Virus record (IMG/VR): IMGVR_UViG_3300020239_000020
Span: 1-25,988 of that record
Origin: a virus
Taxonomy: Duplodnaviria > Caudoviricetes
Length of the DNA stretch: 25,988 nucleotides
Reading direction: 5' to 3' (one strand)
In this document: in pieces, positions 10,601-18,100 of the stretch
Numbering within the stretch: the stretch's first letter is position 1
Layout of the letters: each line of letters opens with the position of its first letter
Translations under genes and position numbers: made by a program
The notes under the pieces: generated by a model
What the model was told of the DNA's origin: nothing
The model's input: only the letters and a program-made list of their open reading frames with translations
Databases searched by the model: none

Positions 10601-13573
10601 AATATTCTTCCTTCCACAGTTTACGCTATCAAGACAAATAATAATGAGTTTAAACTCGCTACTAGCAAAACTGGTGCAGCAGTCACATTCAATTCTGCAG
10701 GAAGTGGAAATGGACATACTCTTGAAATGGTGAAGAAACTTGAGAAATCTTTGATTACTATTGATGGCGTCTCAAGATCTCCTCTAGCATTTACTTCAAT
10801 CAACTATACTCTTAATAACAACGGTGGATCTATCTCTGTTGGTGCAACATACTTCGGTATTTCTGGTATTTCTTCTATTCTTCCAGGAGACGTTCTGAAG
10901 GTTGATGATGAGTTTGTCAAGGTAAATGCTGTTGGTCTTGGAACTACAACTATCGGACCCATCACAGGAACAGGTTCTTTCAACGTTGTTAAGACTGAGA
11001 GGGGATTTGTTGGAACTTTAGCAACCACACATACTGATGGATCTACCATCAGAGTGTTCCAAGGTTCTTACAATATGACTAGAAGTAAGATTCACTTTAC
11101 TGAAGCACCTAGAGGCAATACTCAAGAACTAGTTGATAATAGTAATATTCCATATCATAAGTCTACTTTCAATGGTAGAGTTTATCTGAGAAATGATTAT
11201 GCAACAAATCAAATTTATGATGATATCACCAGACAATTCACTGGTATTGGTGCAACTTATCGCTTAACTGTTGGTGGTGCTAATACAACAGGTATTGAAA
11301 CTGGTAGTGGGTTGGTCTTTATAAACAATATGTTCCAAACTCCAACCACCGATAATAATGCTGGAGGGAACTATAGTTTCACAGAAGATGGTAGCGTTTC
11401 AAACGTAGTATTCACTGGTATAACAGATTCAAATGATGACCTTGTAATTTCTGATACTGACGTTAACAAGAATCAACTTCCAAGAGGTGGAATGATTGTT
11501 TCCCTTGGATCTACCCAGGGTCTTGGAATTGCTCCTCTTGTTGGTGCATCTGTGACAGCATTTGTTTCTGGTGGTGTAATTCAGTCTATTGGAGCTGGTG
11601 CCACTGACATTCTTGGATCAGGATATCGTGGATCTGTTGCTATTGGAATCACTGATCCAAATCATAATGGCAGTGCTGCTGCCGTCACAGTTACAGTTGG
11701 CGCTGGTGGATCTCTTGCATTCAATGTAACTAATGGAGGTTCGGGATATAGTTACAATCCAACAATTAATATTCCTTCACCTTCTTACGAAAATCTTCCT
11801 ATCACTGGTGTTTCTCGTCTTGGTTTGGGTGCTACTACTGATACTGGTAGTGGTCTTCTTCTCAACGTTGAAGTTGGAGCTGCAATCACTGCAGTTGGAA
11901 TTGGATCTACTCTTTTTGAGGTTAAGAACTTCAAGATTGTTAGAAATGGATATGGATTTAGAATTGGTGATAAGTTCAAAGCAGTTGGTCTTGTAACTGC
12001 CAAGGGTCTTCCTGCTATGGTTAATGAACCAGAGTTTGAAGTTTTGAATATCTTTAATGATAAATTTGCTGCTTGGCAGTTTGGTGAACTTGACTTTATC
12101 GACTCTATCTCTGACCTTATTGATGGATCTCGCACTAGGTTCCCATTAAACTATAAAGGAGAACTTTTAAGTTTTGAAGTTGATAAAAACAATATTGATT
12201 CTTCAGCGATTGATCTTGAAGCAGTTCTTCTTATCTATGTAAATGGCGTTATACAGCAACCAAATATTCACTATCAATTCTCTGGTGGTACATCAATTGT
12301 ATTTACAACTGCACCAACTTCAAATGATAATGTTGATATATTCTTCTACAGAGGAACAAGAGGAACTGATAGTGTCAGTGTAGATGTGAATGCCACAGTT
12401 GAAACTGGCGATATTCTTCAAATGCAAAAGACAAACACAAGTCTTGCACAAGATCCTAGAACAGTTTACAACATCAATAACTCTGATAAAGTTGAAACTA
12501 ATATTTACGCGGGTCTTGGTATTGATGATACTAACTTTAAGCCACTTAGTTGGATTAAGAAGAAAGTAGATCAAAGACTTGGTGGTGAACTTGTTCATAA
12601 GTCTAGAGATTCTATTGAAGGTCAGGTTTATCCTACCGCAAGAGTTATTGGAGACATTTCTGCATCTGCAACTGAAATATTTGTTGATGATGCACAATTC
12701 TTTAACTATGAGGAAAATGAATCTTCTATCAACATTACTAGTGTTGATGGATTACTTGTAAATACATCAACTGAACATGTATCTGCTGCTGTAACTGCAG
12801 TTGTCTCTTCTACAGGAACGATTAGTTCCTTGGATGTTACTGAGGGTGGCGCTGGATATTCTGGTTCCGCAACTGTTAAGATCTCAGCACCTAAAGCAAT
12901 AGGTGTTGGTGTTGGTACAACTGCTACAGGTACAGTTGCTATCGTGAATGACTTTATTAATTCAGCATCTGTCACTAACGCTGGTTTTGGTTATACTCGT
13001 ACAGCACCACCACAAGTTCTGGTTTCTACACCAGCACTTTCTGTTGAGAGTTTAACTGGAATCACCGCTGTTGCTGGTTTTGCAGCAACAATCACCGGTA
13101 TTGCTACAGCAGTTGGAACTAACGGAAATGCTCTTGCTCTTGCGTTCAGTTTTACGGCATCTAGTACTGCAGGACTTCAAGAAGGTTATCCAATCTTCGT
13201 CAAGAATACAAGTGTTGGTGATGGTGTCAGATCTATCAACGGTTCTGATAATTCAATCGTTGCTATTGGAACAACATTCCTTGACAACGTTTATATCATA
13301 AATGACCTCCACACAACTGCAACAACGGGAGTTGCTACTTGCAACATTCTTTCTACTACTACACATACAGGTCTTACCACCACAGGTAGTTTGACTGATC
13401 CAAGAGGAATACTATCCTGGGGTAGACTTTCTGGATTTACCAGAGCGTCGTCTCCAATCGCTATCGGTGTTACTGGTTTGAGAGTTGATGCTGGATTGTC
13501 AACATTCCCCACTATCCAAAGACGGGGATTCGGTCTGAGAGACAATGGATCTCTCAGAAAGGACCTGGGATAG
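1700..13573 (+). CDS. gp7: Giant baseplate wedge initiator, gp7-like (3957 aa), with many beta-rich repeat modules and a YHYH-like domain
   Basis: Located between gp6 and gp8. N-terminal SQLPEF...FLKQYY and LYEAKGTEDSFKILFKVLYG motifs are typical of cyanophage gp7. SD-like GAGGA at 1690-1694. Gly/Thr/Ser/Val-rich, with recurrent GxGY and HGxxxGD modules. Confidence 0.85.
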   Translation: MIQTGFERRVKVQQVIESQLPEFLRSESPKSIDFLKQYYISQEHQGGATDIVENLDQYLKFDNLTPEVVTGYTSLTVGISSTDDRVEVSTTKGFPDEYGLFKIGDEIITYTGKTATSFTGCIRGFSGISSYRSSLDPEELVFSDTSEQVHAKGSTVQNLSALFLKEFYKKLKYSFAPGLEDVDFVDDLDVNNFVKEIRSLYEAKGTEDSFKILFKVLYGVDPKIIDLEDYLIKPSGAKFTRREEVVVERVSGDPNKLVGQTIRKSSDSSTKASVSEVEIFTRSGISTYYRLGLFVGFDDRDLIEGTFKVQPSTKVSNAVNVGASVVTVDSTVGFAQSGRVISGRNRIEYTDKTVNQFLGCSGIGTAISPSTELRVDEVYIGYEDGDTSKKVEVRIGGVLSKFKATNDILLSNEGQKIFVKNIGERIKNPELNKTDKQIFANSWIYNTSCRFDVESITGSTVQLKSEIDESSLKVGDTVDILNGSTETVLHANAVVSTITRSNKQITLDNIAGFTANSTTIYTIRRKLETATSSGTPLFYGDNTVTTDVQNVYTDETHAYVASNSLPSYQISETALSATLRRATGSALQGFNPSTQKYSIISFATPVPFVTGDEVVYKASSDTLVGLPEGVYFVKVLTASNQIKLFASRSLIEGGSSLEFTSASGVGAHKFVLATQKSEAIYPQQLLKKFPIARNIKDGKGTSTIPGSTGMLVNGTEIVNYKSNDKIYSGPIKNVRIYNSGKNYDVINPPTIEIGSPGAAYTTALVRPVVRGSVTDVKIDPQDFDLVDVTSITIDGGNGSGAVLQPILETRYRELEFDARLISGGGGIDNSDDTITFKKPHNLRNGDAIVYSRNGNNAIGIGTFGGSNAHQGKALASGSVYYAQIVNTTTIKLYETLENYSSGISTVGFTTTSQGIHKFRLFDGKKTISSIKVINSGSGYENRQLKVKSDNISSVYDSVTFKNHGFSDGDKILYTTDNTAVTGLSTSVQYQVLKIDDHSFRLANAGVGGTNTTDYTKRHHVNITGVGTGIQNFAYPPVSITVNAEFDGVSGVITATPSVRGEIVDLYLYETGTGYGSNILNFHKKPDIKIKNGKNAELKPLISGGKVVSVQITNPGSEYSSAPDLKVEGEGVGAKLRAIVSGGKITNVVVLVGGAGYVQNNTSVNVTSAGSGGVVDVEVRDLTCNAHTRFGDEILVETEEKLGYGLVGYSTAIGADTFGDNGGAHSPIIGWAYDGNPIYGGYGYTDPSDTNTAAKILESGYELATAEVSDRPSGFAAGFFVEDYKFTDSGDLDEHNGRYAKTPEYPNGVYAYHATITSDGKNSKFPFFIGGSYSSVPVTQNIDQNFDFNSSDLRRNTLPYVAGDKFATNDFISEPNEVLVQSAIIDSITRGSVDGFKINNSGTDYRVLETATFDNSDTSGGGLSAYVSRVTGKSIVDVNTTVQSYQNAVLVWNRSGGVTVNVDPSHGYFNNDQIAVSGLSTFISGLTKSHKIGVSSERTRLSVQVAANSTVGFVTDIFVNRVVNSISVGSTLGIGTETLSVLGTYPDKKVVRVLRGIVGAAHTATTDVFVSPSKFTLPVNVPYFDSAVNNKVFFNSIQSVGIGTTTGASSSKGYFIGGQHYTISVPTQGVYLPNHPFKTGEQVTFERVAGSQGFTVSNTNTSATYSIPQSGNTETLFVVKKTDDVIGLCTQVGLTTNTEGLYFRNITSNADSRDYRYSLTSNKTQVTAKVEKIRAKVAVSTAHGLINGDIVNLSVNSEQSVGIGTSVSVYLKYNSANDKLLVNPIGFTSTAVDTSKNRLTLTEHGLTTGDKVFYDSDLIISGLATGSYFVYKIDDNTINLTNTRFDAVSNPPTVVSFGSTGGSSQELSAINPRLNVVRDNNLVFNVNDSSLSGYNFKLYYDRDFKNELISIGSSTTFSTVGVGTVGIANTVTASTVTLNFSKDLPSKVYYQLDKAGYISTADTEVTNYSEINFIDSTYSGTYSIAGVGETVFTVSLDSVPEDLDYNQESTSVLKYSTPSPRALGGIDEMKITFGGSSYKKLPKFVSIASTAGINADIIPTSTTLGRINQVTIQDAGFDFSADKTLNPEVYISPNVTVVDRNTISGITITSGGSGYTSPPELVLVNPDTGSPYDNGSLTAKIGGSSIIDVEVLDVPKGLSDTESKVFSVNNSNGVGVNSVFSSPAGVVTCVLATPTLGFTADTAPFAVNDFVYAENISLASTTGTGFNSQDYSYNFFKVTAYRNTNPAEVEFDISPYATNAGVAQTDGQSTFATLVNKNNYPTFTVVQTPLEFIVGESLFIKSGNTYTEVDLIITNNLNDAIKVYGTYELSENDVILGKNSGTLATINKIDENTGVFEVDYSLETDNGWSNDTGKLNEDFQVVADNDYYQNLSYSIKSPIEFENWINPVNRVIHSSGLKNFADTGITSEGKISAASTSANSSALIDIINLNANGTTMRVDAINFFDFGIDVDTSNNKSKFIKFQNKRLSDYIECRTNRVLTIDNFNNQFSNQENANTTLYRDIDKFIANDGYSRYLVQMIKPNSKDLQATELIVVNTNDDKLITVEKASIHNTKDDLADIEAFKDAFDNVSLRLTPDDPFNDDLDVKFIKNNFNSTLAGIGTQSIGFVNLIGNNVSVGAGSTGLVFEGSSSGTESLFANIELLDTVTNDKTVVDMFVDHDGTDTYRSDFFFDNSKFGTSSKFIGTFTSNIASGVLKLNFENTESNNVLVRSRIVGFNTVGAGIGTHIFKATGQPDSSVREGRLETKFSTFSGTGISTVLTYDKFDVTTVKSTAKVSYGNTSALHQVLFNHNDTNAFTVQYPHLSIGSTMGIGTFGADINGSNFVLIFHPDANISDDITVQIYSEIIQTEKDLNNVPATLTYGSVNEQLKTAEFNSINGDRTNKVDFDVKHNLVPIFEKEFNPGISTVVNLGTGVFTIADHFFSDREKLTYTPRSTFIGGAHTSMVMSDGNILPSTVYAIKTNNNEFKLATSKTGAAVTFNSAGSGNGHTLEMVKKLEKSLITIDGVSRSPLAFTSINYTLNNNGGSISVGATYFGISGISSILPGDVLKVDDEFVKVNAVGLGTTTIGPITGTGSFNVVKTERGFVGTLATTHTDGSTIRVFQGSYNMTRSKIHFTEAPRGNTQELVDNSNIPYHKSTFNGRVYLRNDYATNQIYDDITRQFTGIGATYRLTVGGANTTGIETGSGLVFINNMFQTPTTDNNAGGNYSFTEDGSVSNVVFTGITDSNDDLVISDTDVNKNQLPRGGMIVSLGSTQGLGIAPLVGASVTAFVSGGVIQSIGAGATDILGSGYRGSVAIGITDPNHNGSAAAVTVTVGAGGSLAFNVTNGGSGYSYNPTINIPSPSYENLPITGVSRLGLGATTDTGSGLLLNVEVGAAITAVGIGSTLFEVKNFKIVRNGYGFRIGDKFKAVGLVTAKGLPAMVNEPEFEVLNIFNDKFAAWQFGELDFIDSISDLIDGSRTRFPLNYKGELLSFEVDKNNIDSSAIDLEAVLLIYVNGVIQQPNIHYQFSGGTSIVFTTAPTSNDNVDIFFYRGTRGTDSVSVDVNATVETGDILQMQKTNTSLAQDPRTVYNINNSDKVETNIYAGLGIDDTNFKPLSWIKKKVDQRLGGELVHKSRDSIEGQVYPTARVIGDISASATEIFVDDAQFFNYEENESSINITSVDGLLVNTSTEHVSAAVTAVVSSTGTISSLDVTEGGAGYSGSATVKISAPKAIGVGVGTTATGTVAIVNDFINSASVTNAGFGYTRTAPPQVLVSTPALSVESLTGITAVAGFAATITGIATAVGTNGNALALAFSFTASSTAGLQEGYPIFVKNTSVGDGVRSINGSDNSIVAIGTTFLDNVYIINDLHTTATTGVATCNILSTTTHTGLTTTGSLTDPRGILSWGRLSGFTRASSPIAIGVTGLRVDAGLSTFPTIQRRGFGLRDNGSLRKDLG

Positions 13574-13574
13574 T

Positions 13575-13582
13575 TATAAATA
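13575..13582 (+). promoter_or_regulatory. T4-type late promoter TATAAATA upstream of gp8
   Basis: Perfect gp55-dependent consensus in the 28-nt gap between the gp7 stop (13573) and the ATG at 13602. Confidence 0.85.
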
Positions 13583-13601
13583 TAGAAAAAAGCTAGCAAC
13601 A

Positions 13602-15149
13602 ATGGCGGCAATTGTAACCGATCAGTTTAGAATATTAAATGCGGGAAATTTTGTAGATTCCGTCACTAGTTCTGCAAACTCTTACTATGTTTTTGTTGGT
13701 TTATCCAATCCTTCCATAGTAGGATTTGGAAGAACTACAGACTGGGACACAAATACTCCTAGTCCTACTGATAGTATTGATTATTCCAATTTTATTGGTG
13801 ACAATATTTCCTTTGGTAAAAAAGTTTCCTCTGCTAATGTCAGAAGACTAGTGAGGAGAGTTGATTGGACTAGAGGTACAAAATATGAGATGTATCGTCA
13901 TGACTACAGTCTCAAGAATCTTTCCCCTACCACAAAGTCTGCAAGACTTTATGATGCGAACTACTATGTAATGAATAGTGAGTTCAAAGTATATACTGTT
14001 ATTGATAATGGTTCATCTGGAATTAGTACGACAGGAAATGCTTCGCTTGATGAACCCACTTTTACTGACCTTGAACCATCAAAGGCAGGTGTAAGTGGAG
14101 ATGGGTATGTTTGGAAATATCTTTTTACAGTGTCTCCAAGTGATATTATCAAGTTTGATTCTACTGAGTATATTTCACTTCCTAATAATTGGTCTACATC
14201 AACAGACGCTCAGATAGTCGCTGTTAGAAATAATGGTGATTCTGATACTAATGAGAATCAGATTAAGAAAGTATATATTGACAAGCAGGGATTGGGATAT
14301 TCTCAGGGGTCTCATGAAGTTAATATTTTGGGTGACGGAACTGGCGGTAAAGTTATCGTTGATGTAGATGTCAACGGTAAAATTACAAATACTGTAGTTT
14401 CCTCTGGTGGAAAAAATTATACTTACGGAATTGTTGATCTTGGATCTATTAATGCTAACTCTAGCACTAAAGCAAAACTGATTCCAATCATTCCACCATC
14501 AAAAGGTCATGGACATGATCTTTATAAGGAACTTGGTGCAGATAAGGTTCTTGTTTACGCAAGATTTGATGATTCTACTAGAGATTTTCCAACTGATGTG
14601 ACTTTTGCACAAATTGGTATAGTTAAAAATCCAACTTCTATTGGATCTACAACTATATTTGACGAAAATCAGTTCTCATCATTAGGAGCACTTAAGTTTA
14701 CGTCAGTTACTGGAACAGTATCTGTTGGTGATAAAATTAGTCAAAGTGTTACGGGTGGAACAGCAGTTGGTTTTGTTGCTTCATTTGATAATGAAACTAA
14801 AGTATTGAAGTATTTCCAAGATAGAAATGCTTTCTTGAATCAAACTACATTTGATCAAACAGATTATGTTGGTGTTTCCACCAACGGTAAACTGTATGAG
14901 TTTGCTTCAAATACAAACCCAGTTACTACCACTGGAGGTTTCTCGGGTTCTGTTGATACTGGATTTACAGGTGTCACCACAAATCCATCAGGAACAAAAC
15001 TTATTTCAATTGGCACTCAAATCGTAAAGGGGATTGCCAGTCCTGAGATAAATAAAGGGTCGGGAGATATTGTCTATATTGACAATCGTCCAGCAATCTC
15101 CAGAAACTCAAGACAAAAAGAAGACGTTAAAATCATCCTGGAATTCTAA
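13602..15149 (+). CDS. gp8: Baseplate wedge subunit gp8 (515 aa; start reassigned from 13545 to 13602)
   Basis: Motifs MAAIVTDQFR, YVMNSEFKVY, DGYVWKYLFTV and C-terminal SGDIVYIDNRPAISRNSRQKEDVKIILEF are characteristic of gp8. The 13602 start avoids overlapping gp7 and follows the late promoter. Confidence 0.92.
   Translation: MAAIVTDQFRILNAGNFVDSVTSSANSYYVFVGLSNPSIVGFGRTTDWDTNTPSPTDSIDYSNFIGDNISFGKKVSSANVRRLVRRVDWTRGTKYEMYRHDYSLKNLSPTTKSARLYDANYYVMNSEFKVYTVIDNGSSGISTTGNASLDEPTFTDLEPSKAGVSGDGYVWKYLFTVSPSDIIKFDSTEYISLPNNWSTSTDAQIVAVRNNGDSDTNENQIKKVYIDKQGLGYSQGSHEVNILGDGTGGKVIVDVDVNGKITNTVVSSGGKNYTYGIVDLGSINANSSTKAKLIPIIPPSKGHGHDLYKELGADKVLVYARFDDSTRDFPTDVTFAQIGIVKNPTSIGSTTIFDENQFSSLGALKFTSVTGTVSVGDKISQSVTGGTAVGFVASFDNETKVLKYFQDRNAFLNQTTFDQTDYVGVSTNGKLYEFASNTNPVTTTGGFSGSVDTGFTGVTTNPSGTKLISIGTQIVKGIASPEINKGSGDIVYIDNRPAISRNSRQKEDVKIILEF
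15047..15054 (+). promoter_or_regulatory. Putative late promoter (GATAAATA) embedded in the 3' end of gp8
   Basis: NATAAATA match ending 99 nt before the ATG at 15153. It mirrors the box at 1595-1602. Confidence 0.5.
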
Positions 15150-15152
15150 ACG

Positions 15153-18100
15153 ATGCCACAGAAAACTAATCTCAATATCAATCCTTATTTTGATGATTTC
15201 GATAAGGATGATAATTTTTACAAGGTTTTATTCAAACCAGGATTTCCAGTTCAAGCTAGAGAACTGACGACTCTGCAATCAATTTTGCAGAATCAGATAG
15301 AATCGTTTGGAAGTCATACATTCAAAGAGGGATCCATGGTGATCCCTGGAAATATTGCTTTTGACCCCGAATATCCTGCAGTTAAATTAAATGCAGATCA
15401 CTTGGGGATTAGTATTTCCGTATATGGTAAGAACCTAGTAGGGAAGAGATTAAGAGGACAGACATCCGGTATTGTTGCTAAAGTTGACAGATATGAAAAC
15501 GTATCTGACTTGAATGGTATTACAAACCCAACTATTTTTGTAAAATATATTCAGGCTGGTGACAATAATGAGGTTGAACCTTTCCAAGATGGGGAAGTAT
15601 TAATCACTGAAGACTCTTTCACATATGGTAATACGTCTATAAACGCTGGTGAAACTGTTGCATCTTTATTATCTGATAATGCAACTGCAATCGGTAGTGC
15701 TGTATCTATTGCTCCTGGAGTATATTTTATCCGAGGAACTTTTGTAGATGTTTCTTCAGATAAAATATTTTTAGATCCATATTCTAATCGACCATCTTAT
15801 AGAGTTGGTCTAACTATTACTGAAGAAATCATCACAGCAAAAGATGATGATTCATTATATGATAATGCCAAAGGATTTTCTAACTATGCTGCCCCCGGAG
15901 CAGATAGATTAAGAATTAAACTTACTTTATCTAAAAAACTTTTAACTGATAATGATGATAAGACTTTCGTAGAACTTCTTAGAGTAGATAATGGAGAAGT
16001 AAAGAAACTCCAGAATAAATCCAGTTATAATCTTATTAGAGATTACTTTGCTGAAAGAACCTATGAAGAATCTGGCAATTATGCAATTGATACATTTAAT
16101 GTTGAAGTAAAAGATAGTCTTAATGATAGACTTGGAAACGAGGGCGTATATTTTTCTGGACAATCTACAGATGAGGGAAATACTCCTTCTGAAGACCTTA
16201 TGGCAGTATCCGTTTCTGCGGGTAAAGCATATGTAAAAGGTTATGATGTTGAAAATACAGCGACTAAAATTATTGATGTTGAAAAACCTAGGGAAACAAA
16301 AACACTAACGAACGCTTTAGTTCCATTTGAATTGGGAACTTTAATTCGTGTCAATAATGTTCAAGGAACCCCATTATTTGGAGTTAATAATAATTCTAAT
16401 ATTGTAAGATTACAAGATCAAAGAAGAGGAACTTCTGACAGTACTGCTACCGGAACCGAAATCGGTCAAGCAAGAGTATATAACTTCAGTCTTACAGATT
16501 CTGCTCAAGTAGACCTCTCTACTTCTTGGGATTTGTATCTTTTTGATATTCAAACATACACCACTATCAGTCTGAACGAAAACACTCTGACTGCTGACAT
16601 GCCTGTCAGTTCTTACGTTAGAGGTGTAAGTAGTGGTGCATCTGGTTATGTTCAAAGTGCTCCTGCTGGAACCACCAATATTACCTTGATGCAGACATCA
16701 GGAACCTTCATGGTTGGTGAGCAACTTTTAATTAATGAGACCACGGAAATTTCCCGCTCCATTACAAGTCTTACAACTTATAGTATTGAGGATGTCAAGT
16801 CTGTTTATCAAGACTCGGTAACACTTAATAGTGAGCTCAAGAAAGATTTTATTGCCGATACTGTTCTTGAGAGAGTAGTTCTTAATGAATTTGGTATAGC
16901 AGACACCGTTCAAATTAGCACTGCTGGTGCTATGACTTGCCCAGGTAAGTTCTTTAATAGTCTTAAAGTTGGAGATATTGTTAGATATCAAATCGCTGGT
17001 GTTAGTGATGAAACTTTTAACAGAGTTTCTGCTATCAACGCTGCCAAAACACAAGTAGATTTAGTTCAAGTGGAGGACAGATCTAATGTTTGTGATGGTG
17101 GTCTTCCAAATTCCACTTTTACAGGAACATTTACAGTAGGTGTGCCTGTCGTCAGAGAAAGTGGTGGTTTATTCGCACCAATTGATGAGCGAAATATTTC
17201 TTCTGTTGACCTTGGATCATCTAATCTTTTAGTTTCTAGTCAAATTAGAGAGCAGACCACAAGTCTTGAAGGAAATCTTGCTCTTAATGTAACTGCGACT
17301 GGTATTAGTAGTTGTGTATTTGAATCTTTTGATCAAGAGAGATATAGCATTCACTACAACGACGGTACGATTGAACCTTTAACTAAAGACCAAGTACTTA
17401 TCAGTTCTGCAGGTCAAGTTATTACCTTTACAGGACTTACTCCATCTCAATCCAACAACGTAACGGTAAACACTACTGTTAAGAAAATTGGAATAACCAA
17501 CAAAAATAAAGTATTTACTAGAAGCACTAAATTAGAAATTACTAAGTCTGCTGCAGGTGTGTCCACTGCAATATCGGCAACATCACAGAGCGATTTCTAT
17601 GGAACTAGAATTCAAGATAAAGAAATTTCTCTGAATGTTCCAGATGTAGTTGAAGTTGTTGCTGTGTATGAATCTTTAGGGACAGCAATCCCAACTTTAG
17701 ATTCTATTGAGTTTCCTGCAGGTCTTTCTCTTGATACAGCGTCTATTCTTGGTGAAAGAGTTATTGGTAATACTAGTAATGCAATTGCTCAAGTTGTTAC
17801 CAGGTCTTCAGCAACAAAAGTTGAAATTGCATATTTGACTGATGATACGTTTATAGTAGGCGAAAACATAACTTTTGAAGAGTCTGGAATTATCGCTCCT
17901 CTTCAAGTTATCGGTCTAGGAAATTATTCAAATGTAACTAATAATTATATTCTTGATAAAGGAGTAAAACCACAATTCTATGATTATTCTAGGATTGTTC
18001 GCAAGGAAAAGAGTAATTATGTTCCTTCAAGAAAACTTCTGATTATATACAATCATTACACTGTTCCATCTAATGATAGTGGTGATGTTTACACAGTAAA

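Noticed and set aside
13545-13601. 19-aa N-terminal extension of gp8 in the ORF track
   Set aside because: It overlaps the gp7 end and spans the late promoter. The conserved gp8 N-terminus begins at 13602.
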